DNA from: Candidatus Saccharimonadota bacterium
GTDB lineage: Bacteria > Patescibacteriota > Saccharimonadia > Saccharimonadales > Saccharimonadaceae
DNA length: 32,000 bases
Direction: 5' to 3'
Assembly (NCBI GenBank): GCA_032154105.1
Contig: JALDYI010000003.1
Coordinates: 52,520 to 84,519, forward strand
The number at the start of each line of letters is the position of its first letter. The first letter of the stretch is position 1. This document shows positions 7,223 to 15,332 of this stretch, in pieces. Below the pieces are notes generated by a model. It worked only from the letters and a program-made list of their open reading frames with translations. It was not told the DNA's origin and did not search any database. The position numbers and the translations under genes were made by a program.

Positions 7223-9463
7223 CTAAAGGCTGTCACTTGCGAGGTCATCCATACTGTTGATTAACACGTCACGTGGGCGCGAACCATCGGCGGCTCCAAT
7301 CACACCCTGCTCTTCCATCTCTTCGATGATACGAGCGGCACGGGCATAGCCGATGCGCAGACGACGCTGCAGAAGACTTGTACTTGCCTTGCGAGCCTCG
7401 ATCACAACGCGGAGCGCATCTTTGTACATGTCGTCCCCACTGCCAGCGTCGAAGTCCATCACAACCCCGCCCTTACCATTGAGCTGAACTGGTTGCGAAA
7501 CAATTTCGTCGTTGTACTGCGGAGCAGATTGCATGCGCAGATGATCGGTAATCTTCATCACCTCTTCATCCATCACCCAGGCGCCTTGGATACGCTTTGG
7601 TTTATTCATACCAGATGTCAGCATTAACATATCTCCCTGACCGAGTAGCTTTTCAGCGCCCACCTGGTCAAGAATCGTGCGGCTATCTACTTGAGAGGCA
7701 ACTGTAAAGGCGATACGAGCGGGAACGTTGGCCTTAATTAGACCCGTGATAACATCAACCGACGGACGCTGAGTGGCAAGTACTAGGTGAATACCAACAG
7801 CACGTGCCTTTTGCGCCAACCGAACAATCAACGCTTCAACATCTCGAGCCGCTACCATCATAAGGTCAGCCAACTCATCGATGACAATAACAATGTATGG
7901 CATTGCACCATCGTCGACTTGCTGTGAATTACCGTCTTCATCTTCAATAGAAATCTTCTTACCGCCAGACTCTAGCTTCTGGTTGTAGCTCTTAATGTCA
8001 CGGAGCTTCTCTTCAGCAAGCAACTTATAGCGTCGCTCCATCTCGTTGACCGCCCACTTCAGTGCACTGATTGTTTTCTCAGGCTCCGTAATAACGGGAG
8101 TAAGCAGATGTGGAATATCTTCGTATGGCGCCATTTCGACCTGCTTCGGGTCAACCAAAATCAGCTTCATTTGACTCGGACTATTACGATACAACAGGCT
8201 CGTAAGAAGCGTGTTGATCATAACCGATTTACCGGAACCAGTCTGACCAGCGATCAAAAGGTGGGGCATTTTATTGAGCTCACCGACCACCGCTTCACCA
8301 GAAATATCCTTACCGATTGCAAAGCTAAGCGGCTCATGACCGTGCTTCCACTGCTTGCTGGTGAGGATACCATACAGTCGCACATCGGCTGCCTTGCGGT
8401 TTGGTACCTCAATACCCACTGCACGCTGGCCAGGAATCGGCGCCTCGATGCGAAGTGACTGTGCGGCAAGATTGAGCGCGATATTAGTTTCAAGCGCCGT
8501 GATGCGAGTCAGCTTGACGCCACTTGGTGGACGAAGCGTATACTGCGTCACCTTCGGGCCGATATTGGCGCCCTCCATCTCGACATCAATACTAAATTCG
8601 CTGAGTGTATCGCGAATCGTCTGGGCATTCTGCTGAACGTCGCCTGCATCAGCCGGAGATTGTTTCTTTTCAAGTAGATCGACGCTTGGCGCGCGCCAGT
8701 TTGGATCGTTTACAGATACAAGAGCGGATTGCTCTTCGGCACCCTTATCGCGTGCGACACTTCCACGTAGACTTGAGCGATGGGCAGATTTTTTCTCTTC
8801 TTTCTTCACTTCGGCCGCATCAAGCATCGGCACGCCGGCGTTGAGCTTAATTTCAGCCATCGGCGCTGCCACTTTCGGCTCCGAAGCAGCTGCGGCCGTG
8901 CGCATCACCTTAACATTAGCTTCTTGCTCGGCCATATCACGACGGGACAGTTCCCATAATTTCTTGATCACCGTAATTGGTGAAATACGCAGCACAAAGA
9001 GTGCGGTAATACAGATCAGAAGAACATATACAAACGCCGCAACACCGCTATCGACAAGCGCCAGCATAGCACCATTGGCAATATCACCTATAAACCCGCC
9101 GGTCGTCTTACCTTCGGCGCTCTTCATAAGCCCAAACAGTCCAGCAAACCAGACGATCATCAAGAAAGCCGCGAATTTGACGACAAATGAAATCCGATTG
9201 TTATCAGCCCGGAAAATCTCAACTGCAATATATACAAATAAAAGTGGCAAGATATAGACTGCGTAGCCAACGGTATTTATCGCTGCTTGATGAAGCCATT
9301 CAAGAATTGGACCGCCCGCCCCAAACCAAGCAACGACGAATAGGATTGAAATAGCTATGAGGAAAACAGCACCGACCTGTGCCCAGAACCCGTCGGGCAG
9401 ACTATGCCGTGGAGCTGCTTTGACGGGTGCTTTTTTGCGTGTTGATTTTCTCTTTTGTGCCAT
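7223..9463 (-). CDS. ftsK: DNA translocase FtsK/SpoIIIE
   Basis: N-terminal polytopic membrane domain, a charged linker, a motor domain with Walker A GQTGSGKS and Walker B VIVIDELADLMM, and a C-terminal gamma winged helix (LLQRRLRIGYARAARIIEEMEEQGVIG). Confidence 0.95.
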   Translation of the reverse strand: MAQKRKSTRKKAPVKAAPRHSLPDGFWAQVGAVFLIAISILFVVAWFGAGGPILEWLHQAAINTVGYAVYILPLLFVYIAVEIFRADNNRISFVVKFAAFLMIVWFAGLFGLMKSAEGKTTGGFIGDIANGAMLALVDSGVAAFVYVLLICITALFVLRISPITVIKKLWELSRRDMAEQEANVKVMRTAAAASEPKVAAPMAEIKLNAGVPMLDAAEVKKEEKKSAHRSSLRGSVARDKGAEEQSALVSVNDPNWRAPSVDLLEKKQSPADAGDVQQNAQTIRDTLSEFSIDVEMEGANIGPKVTQYTLRPPSGVKLTRITALETNIALNLAAQSLRIEAPIPGQRAVGIEVPNRKAADVRLYGILTSKQWKHGHEPLSFAIGKDISGEAVVGELNKMPHLLIAGQTGSGKSVMINTLLTSLLYRNSPSQMKLILVDPKQVEMAPYEDIPHLLTPVITEPEKTISALKWAVNEMERRYKLLAEEKLRDIKSYNQKLESGGKKISIEDEDGNSQQVDDGAMPYIVIVIDELADLMMVAARDVEALIVRLAQKARAVGIHLVLATQRPSVDVITGLIKANVPARIAFTVASQVDSRTILDQVGAEKLLGQGDMLMLTSGMNKPKRIQGAWVMDEEVMKITDHLRMQSAPQYNDEIVSQPVQLNGKGGVVMDFDAGSGDDMYKDALRVVIEARKASTSLLQRRLRIGYARAARIIEEMEEQGVIGAADGSRPRDVLINSMDDLASDSL

Positions 9464-9509
9464 AAACTGTTCTTATTATAAGCGCTTTCGCGACTGATTG
9501 ATATGGCAT

Positions 9510-9538
9510 ATTATAGCAAAAATTACAATATTTTGCAA
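9510..9538 (-). promoter_or_regulatory. Near-consensus sigma70-type promoter upstream of ftsK
   Basis: The reverse strand reads TTGCAA (9538..9533), a 17-nt spacer, then TATAAT (9515..9510). A second TATAAT (9480..9475) lies 11 nt upstream of the ATG at 9463. Confidence 0.55.
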
Positions 9539-9543
9539 GAGGC

Positions 9544-9852
9544 TTATGCTAGCGTAGCCGACTTTTCAGTCGCCTCTGCAAAAGGCACAACTTGGGGGCG
9601 GCGATATTTCAAAATAAGGGCAATCATAACGATATAAAATGCGATCCAGGCGGCACACATAACGGCATAAAGTGTATCCTTTACTTCAATAGCGTAAAGC
9701 AGCGAAATCGACTGCACCGCCGCCCACGTCACCCACGTCGTTAAGCTGAGTTCATCCGACTGCTTGGTCTGAATTAATTTTCGAAGCTGCGGCACTCCAG
9801 CGGAAATTGCCACGATCGAACCGAGGATATACAAAATATGAATAAGTGGCAT
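9544..9852 (-). CDS. PQ-loop / SemiSWEET-like three-helix membrane transporter
   Basis: 102 aa with three predicted TM helices. The PQ motif sits at the end of TM1 (GVPQLRKLIQTKQSDELS), which matches by eye the SemiSWEET pattern LPQ....TK...D.S. Confidence 0.65.
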   Translation of the reverse strand: MPLIHILYILGSIVAISAGVPQLRKLIQTKQSDELSLTTWVTWAAVQSISLLYAIEVKDTLYAVMCAAWIAFYIVMIALILKYRRPQVVPFAEATEKSATLA

Positions 9853-9922
9853 CTGTTTCTTCTGTTTATGTTTGCTTGGTGTATTAATATAATAATAACA
9901 TAAGAATTATAATAAAGCAATA

Positions 9923-9949
9923 GAAAACCCCTCGCTTGGAGGGGTTTTC
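9923..9949 (-). terminator. Rho-independent terminator downstream of rnj (9966..12128)
   Basis: 11-bp stem gaaaacccctc (9923-9933) / gaggggttttc (9939-9949) with a 5-nt loop. On the minus strand a T-rich run (tattgctttatt) follows. Confidence 0.7.
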
Positions 9950-9965
9950 TAAATAGAGAGACCTA

Positions 9966-12128
9966 CTAGTACGGGCGTGTATCTTGAGCTTGTCGCGCCT
10001 GCGTATCGTTAGCTTCGGTATCAGGCACTTGTGGAGCTGGGAACTTTTTTGGCTCCGGGCGTGGACCACGAGTGTCGTTATTACGACGCTGCGGGCGACC
10101 TTCGCCACTTCCCTGTGCTTGGCCTTGGCCCTGCGCACGGTTTTGGCCACCGCCGCCACCGCCGATTTCGTTGATCACCGGGATCACGATTGGCGTGCGA
10201 CGAGTCTGGTCGTAGAGAATGTGAGTAATCTCATCTTTGAGTTCCTTTTTGAGAACATCCATATCAATGCGCTTACCACCAATACGAGCCACCTTTTGCT
10301 TAAGATACTGACGGATCATTCCCATTAGCTCTTCGCTGTCGCGGAGATAAATAAACCCACGAGAGATGATGTCTGGGCTCGTCATAAGACGACCACTGCC
10401 ACGGGCAAGTGTCAGGACAACCACAAACATACCTTCGGCCGCCATGTGGATACGATCCTTGAGGACAACTTCTGATACGATTGCGCCGCTGTCGTCGTAC
10501 ATATTACCACCGACCTGAATACGGCCGTTCTTGCGCGCGCCATCAACATCGATTTCAATCACGTCACCACTATCACAGACAAAGATGTTGTCGCGTGGAA
10601 TACCAGCTTCTTTTTCCGCAAGCTCGGCATTGTGGACAAGCATGTGGAATTCTCCGTGAATTGGCATGTAGTATGTTGGGTTCAAGGCGTTAATCAGCTT
10701 AACGTGATCATCGTAGTAGCCGTGACCAGAAAGGTGAAGTGGACCAACACCCGTGAGGTGCGTTTTGCCGTTTTGGATAACATCGCTACCTTCACGCATC
10801 AGACCGTCAACCGTACGTGTCACGTACTTTTCGTTACCAGGAATAGCATTTGAGCTAAAGACAATAACGTCTGAGTTTTTGATCTTGATAAACTTGTGTG
10901 AACCAGTTGCCATGCGGTTAAGTACCGCGTTAAACTCACCTTGTGAACCAGTACAAACGATCGTTACTTTACCGTCAGGTAGCTTCACGACGTCTTCCAT
11001 CTTCACGACAACATCTTTAGGGATCTTGATGACGCCAGCACGAAGGGCTACTTCGAGGTTCTGGATCATAGAGTAGCCGGCAAAGGCAACCTTACGGTCA
11101 TGCTTTTTGGCTTCTTCCAAGATTACCTGCATACGGTGAATTTGAGATGAGAAACAGCTCAGGATAAGACGGCTGTTTGGATATTTGTCCATCACCTGGC
11201 CCATTGATACCTGAATATCAAACTCACCGTGCTCGTGCCCACCTTCTGACTCACAGTTGGTTGACTCGTTCATGAGCATCAAGATGCCTTCTTTGCTGGC
11301 AATCTCAGTCATGCGCTCGAGGTCGAACTTCTTACCATCAACTGGAGCATCTTCGAAGCGCCAGTCACCTGTGTCGATAAGTACACCGAGTGGCGTACGG
11401 ATAACCACGGCAGTTGCATCTGGGATTGAGTGGTTTACGCGGACAAGCTCGATATTGAAGCTATCACCAAGCTGCACACGTTCATGCGCCTCTGGGTCAA
11501 GCTCGTTGTACTCTGGCTCATAGCCGCTTGTCGCCTCTTCCATTGTGCGCTTTACCATACCGAGCGTGAACTTACTACCGTAGACCGGTGCAGGAATCTT
11601 GTCGATAATGTGACGGAAGGCGCCGATGTGATCGAGGTGACCGTGCGTAAAGACAACACCACGTATCTTGTGCTTGTTCTCTTCGAGGTAGCTAATATCA
11701 GGGGTAATGTAGTTAATGCCTGGGTAATCTGAGCCCGGGAACAAGAAACCCATATCGATGACAATAATATCATTATCGTACTCAATCGCCATACAGTTTT
11801 TACCAATACCCATTTCACCAAGACCACCGATTGGCATGATCTTTAGCTTTGGTGCATTGCTACCGCGCGGCTGGCGCTTTTGATCGGCAAGACTAAACTG
11901 ACGACCCTGGTAGCCATTGTAAATAGATTTGTTCACCGGCACATTAATGACGTGCTGAGAGGCTCGAACGTTAACGTTCTCACTCGTACGGCGCTGAGCA
12001 CGAAATACTTCGCCTTTGCGTGTTGTCGTACTGTTGAGCACGGTGTTGTTAGACTTTTGTCGTTGCTGCTGTTGCGGACGCTTGTTTTGATCGTCTGCTT
12101 GCGTGTTACCGAGTCTTCGTTGACCCAT
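9966..12128 (-). CDS. rnj: Ribonuclease J (metallo-beta-lactamase / beta-CASP) with long disordered N- and C-terminal extensions
   Basis: Core contains HGHLDHIGA, the GD.R.D motif (DTGDWRFED) and HLSGHGYYDD. A roughly 93-aa Q/R/N-rich N-terminal extension precedes KLKIMPIGGLGE. A roughly 65-aa C-terminal tail starts at GGGGGGQNRAQGQGQAQG. AAAGGAGA Shine-Dalgarno upstream. Confidence 0.9.
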   Translation of the reverse strand: MGQRRLGNTQADDQNKRPQQQQRQKSNNTVLNSTTTRKGEVFRAQRRTSENVNVRASQHVINVPVNKSIYNGYQGRQFSLADQKRQPRGSNAPKLKIMPIGGLGEMGIGKNCMAIEYDNDIIVIDMGFLFPGSDYPGINYITPDISYLEENKHKIRGVVFTHGHLDHIGAFRHIIDKIPAPVYGSKFTLGMVKRTMEEATSGYEPEYNELDPEAHERVQLGDSFNIELVRVNHSIPDATAVVIRTPLGVLIDTGDWRFEDAPVDGKKFDLERMTEIASKEGILMLMNESTNCESEGGHEHGEFDIQVSMGQVMDKYPNSRLILSCFSSQIHRMQVILEEAKKHDRKVAFAGYSMIQNLEVALRAGVIKIPKDVVVKMEDVVKLPDGKVTIVCTGSQGEFNAVLNRMATGSHKFIKIKNSDVIVFSSNAIPGNEKYVTRTVDGLMREGSDVIQNGKTHLTGVGPLHLSGHGYYDDHVKLINALNPTYYMPIHGEFHMLVHNAELAEKEAGIPRDNIFVCDSGDVIEIDVDGARKNGRIQVGGNMYDDSGAIVSEVVLKDRIHMAAEGMFVVVLTLARGSGRLMTSPDIISRGFIYLRDSEELMGMIRQYLKQKVARIGGKRIDMDVLKKELKDEITHILYDQTRRTPIVIPVINEIGGGGGGQNRAQGQGQAQGSGEGRPQRRNNDTRGPRPEPKKFPAPQVPDTEANDTQARQAQDTRPY

Positions 12129-12255
12129 AATGTATTATTTCTCCTTTGTTTTGAAATAAATTATATATGCAAAATAAAATACGAGGAGAGGGGTTTATCT
12201 GAGAATGACAGCCGTTACCCTCTTTGTAAGTGTCTTCTACTATAGCAAGTCGAAG

Positions 12256-12858
12256 CTATTTTGGCAAGGTAGCATCATTTTTGATCATCGCCGCAACAGC
12301 CAGGAAATCATCAATGAGCGTCTGTCGCAGACTGCCATTATACAGAGCGGCGGCCGGGTGGTAGAGCGGTACAATCAACCACTCACCTTCACGACCATCA
12401 TGAAGTTTCACTGTTTTATGAACTGCGTGACCATGAACCTGACCAATCTTTGCACCCGGTAAAAAATACTCCATACTGTGACGACCGAGCGTAATTATGA
12501 CTTTGGGATTGATAATCTCAAGCTGGCGTAGCAAATACGGCCAGAACGCCGTCTTTTCATCGGGGCGTGGATCGCGGTTATTCGGCGGTCGATACTTCAC
12601 AATATTAGTGGTGTACACATCGCTACGCTCCATATCAGCCTGGGCGAGCATTTCATTCAAGAACTTGCCGGCCGCACCGACAAACGGCAAGCCTTGCTCA
12701 TCCTCATTCTTACCAGGCGCCTCACCGATAAACACAATGTCAGCCTCTGGGTTGCCGTCGCCCATAACAAGCTGAATCGCTTGATCTGCCAATTCAAGAC
12801 AGACGTTTTGCGAAACAATTTCAGTGGCCAAGTGATCGAGCCGTGATTGCTTATCCAT
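12256..12858 (-). CDS. Uracil-DNA glycosylase, family 4
   Basis: Motif A GEAPGKNEDEQGLPFVGAAGKFL and motif B LYHPAAAL are typical of family 4 UDGs. Confidence 0.85.
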   Translation of the reverse strand: MDKQSRLDHLATEIVSQNVCLELADQAIQLVMGDGNPEADIVFIGEAPGKNEDEQGLPFVGAAGKFLNEMLAQADMERSDVYTTNIVKYRPPNNRDPRPDEKTAFWPYLLRQLEIINPKVIITLGRHSMEYFLPGAKIGQVHGHAVHKTVKLHDGREGEWLIVPLYHPAAALYNGSLRQTLIDDFLAVAAMIKNDATLPK

Positions 12859-13085
12859 TAGCGCCGTTTATTTAACTGCTTTTTAATTTGTCGCCACACT
12901 CTTGGCGCAACCCACTGGAGGAGCTTAAGAAAAATGGTTGACTTGAGTAATCGTGCCCATATCATACTTATATTATACCGCGCTTTTGACTACCTTGCCC
13001 AGTAAGAAGAAAAAGGACTTATCCTTATTTCTTTATAGGTATAGTATGGCATCGAGCAAATTAAGATGCCGATAGCGCTAGTACT

Positions 13086-13113
13086 AAAGAGAGCCTCATA
13101 TGAAGCTCTCTTT
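13086..13113. terminator. Near-perfect 28-nt palindromic hairpin downstream of the second rnj gene
   Basis: aaagagagc (13086-13094) pairs with gctctcttt (13105-13113), and the inner tcat/atga also pair. It lies about 95 nt past the rnj stop (13208). Short T-runs follow on both strands (tttct / tttag). Confidence 0.5.
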
Positions 13114-13207
13114 CTATAGCGATAGTCGTTTGCTAAACGTCCTTTATCGAAAGACTCAGTTGTCCGCGACTGAGGGTAAGCTCGGCATGGAGATATTCTC
13201 GATCGGC

Positions 13208-15061
13208 TTATTCGCAGACGTCAGCCACGGGTTTTTGGAGAATATTCGTCTGGCCTCGCGGGCCGACAACATTCACCACAACAACTACCATTGGCGTACA
13301 ATGAGCTTGTTCGTAGAGCAGATGCTCAAGCACCTCGCGCAGAGACTGCCTGAGAGTGTCGAGGTTTGCACGCGTTTTTCGAAGCCTTGCCAGCTGCTGT
13401 CGAGCCTGCGCTCGAAGCATATCGAGAAGATCGCCGTTGTCTCGAATCGCAATCGCACCACGAGTAATGATGTCTGGACTAGATAGCAGTTGGCCACTGC
13501 GCTTGTCGAGCGTCACCATGACAACCATAAAGCCATCATCGCGCAGCAGCATGCGGTCACGTGTTACGATCTCGGGTACGACACTGCCGGTCTGGTCGAC
13601 AAGCAGTGAGCCCGAGGTGACTTTGCCTGCAACCCTTGCCGCCTGCCTACTGTCAATATCTAGCACGTCGCCGTTGTCGAGCATAAAGATATCTTTATCA
13701 TCCAAGCCTGCTGCCAATCCCACGTCGCGGTGATACTGGCGGTTGAGTGCGCCGCCATAAATTGGCAATAAATACCGCGGCCGAGTGAGGTGGATCATTT
13801 CGGCACTCTCATCACGATTGCCATGACCAGAAACGTGCAGCGGGCCACAGCCGTCAATTTCGTGCGTTGGATGACGGAACTGTTTGACGCCAATACGCGC
13901 TAGGTGGTCGCCAATTTGCTGATAACCCTGTTCGTTTCCTGGAATTGGCGTGCTACTGATAATCACACTGTCACCCTTTTTTAGCTTGATAAAGCGGTGT
14001 TCGCCTGTCGCCATCCGGCTCATAGCAGCGCCCGGCTCACCCTGGCCACCGGTACAGATAACCACCAGCTGATTGTCTGACAATGTCCCGGCATCCGCCA
14101 TGGCGACAAGCGTATTCTTTGGTACTTTTAGATTACCGAGGCGCACCGCTAGCTCGGCCGTTGCCATCATACTACGGCCATCGAATGCCACTTTACGCCC
14201 CTGTTCGTGCGCAGCCGCAATAATCATTTGAACGCGGTTCATATTACTCGAAAAAACAGTCGCAAATACACGGCCTTTCGCTGTCGACATGATGTCATGG
14301 AAGCTTTTTTGTAACGTGTGCTCGGTCAGCGTACGCCCAGGCTTCGTAGTATTGGTACTTTCACTCATCAGCAAGAGTACTCCCTCATCACCCAGCTGCT
14401 TGAGCCGCGCTATGTCGGTTGGTCGTGTATCGAGTGGCTCTGGATCAAGCCGGAAATCACCAGTATTGATAATGCGCCCTATGGGCGTATCTACCACGAT
14501 AGCCGATGATTCAGGAATAGAGTGTGTCACTCGCACGAGCTCAATCATCAGTGTGCCGAGCCGTACCGTTTCATGCGTATCCATATTCAAGACATTCGCC
14601 TCGACTGCAATATTCAGGCCGTCTTCACGCGCCTTCTCAAACTGGGTCTGCACTAGGCCGATAGTAAACTGACTACCAAATACCGGCGCTGGATAGTTTG
14701 GCAAGACATGCACCAGCGCGCCGATATGATCGAGGTGGCCGTGACTTATGACGTAGCCGCGCAGTTTATGCTTGATCGTTTGCAGATAATCGGTCGCAGG
14801 AATGGCATAATTAATCCCTGGCACATCCACTCCGAGATCAAAGCCACAGTCTAGAATCAGTGCGTCGTTACCATATTCCAGTACGATCAAATTCTTTTCA
14901 CCAATGCCATTTTGGCCACCAAGCGGTGTGATACGCAGCGTGGCGTTTGGCTTTGGCAACGCTCGCGCTTTTGTCGTACGATACTGGCGCAGTTGCCGAT
15001 CAACACTTTCGCCCTTACGACGACTGAGGCGTCGCAGATCGGATTGTTTTTGTTGTTTCAT
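13208..15061 (-). CDS. rnj: Ribonuclease J, second paralog
   Basis: HGHLDHIGA, NTGDFRLDP, HVSGHGNRDE. By eye roughly 40-50% identical to the other copy across the core, with a shorter (about 40 aa) basic N-terminal extension. GGGAGA Shine-Dalgarno upstream. Confidence 0.9.
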   Translation of the reverse strand: MKQQKQSDLRRLSRRKGESVDRQLRQYRTTKARALPKPNATLRITPLGGQNGIGEKNLIVLEYGNDALILDCGFDLGVDVPGINYAIPATDYLQTIKHKLRGYVISHGHLDHIGALVHVLPNYPAPVFGSQFTIGLVQTQFEKAREDGLNIAVEANVLNMDTHETVRLGTLMIELVRVTHSIPESSAIVVDTPIGRIINTGDFRLDPEPLDTRPTDIARLKQLGDEGVLLLMSESTNTTKPGRTLTEHTLQKSFHDIMSTAKGRVFATVFSSNMNRVQMIIAAAHEQGRKVAFDGRSMMATAELAVRLGNLKVPKNTLVAMADAGTLSDNQLVVICTGGQGEPGAAMSRMATGEHRFIKLKKGDSVIISSTPIPGNEQGYQQIGDHLARIGVKQFRHPTHEIDGCGPLHVSGHGNRDESAEMIHLTRPRYLLPIYGGALNRQYHRDVGLAAGLDDKDIFMLDNGDVLDIDSRQAARVAGKVTSGSLLVDQTGSVVPEIVTRDRMLLRDDGFMVVMVTLDKRSGQLLSSPDIITRGAIAIRDNGDLLDMLRAQARQQLARLRKTRANLDTLRQSLREVLEHLLYEQAHCTPMVVVVVNVVGPRGQTNILQKPVADVCE

Positions 15062-15274
15062 TTTTTCTCCCTAGAGACGAAGCCTGCCCACTATACGAAT
15101 ACAGCGTGTAGTCGTAAAGCGAGATCGAGAGCCTCGCGTATTTGTTATAAAAGATTGAACAAGATAGTTCTTGGCCAAATGTAAACGACATATATTCGCT
15201 CTGATTTGCTCAAGAGATACTGTAAGAAAGAAATGCTTTTACAAGCTTATTATGTTTAACTTTAACATACAACA

Positions 15275-15309
15275 TAAAAAATAGCAAGCACTACGGCGTG
15301 CTTGCTATT
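15275..15309 (-). terminator. Rho-independent terminator of pnp
   Basis: Perfect 12-bp stem aatagcaagcac (15280-15291) / gtgcttgctatt (15298-15309) with a 6-nt loop. On the minus strand TTTTT (rc of 15275-15279) follows. It lies 24 nt past the pnp stop. Confidence 0.85.
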
Positions 15310-15332
15310 ACGTATGGGCCCGTCTTGATCCT

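Noticed and set aside
13100-13486. A plus-strand 128-aa ORF starting in the long intergenic gap and running into the 3' end of the second rnj gene.
   Set aside because: Most of it is antisense to a strongly supported RNase J coding region. It has no recognisable motif, and its ATG lies inside the 13086-13113 palindromic hairpin.
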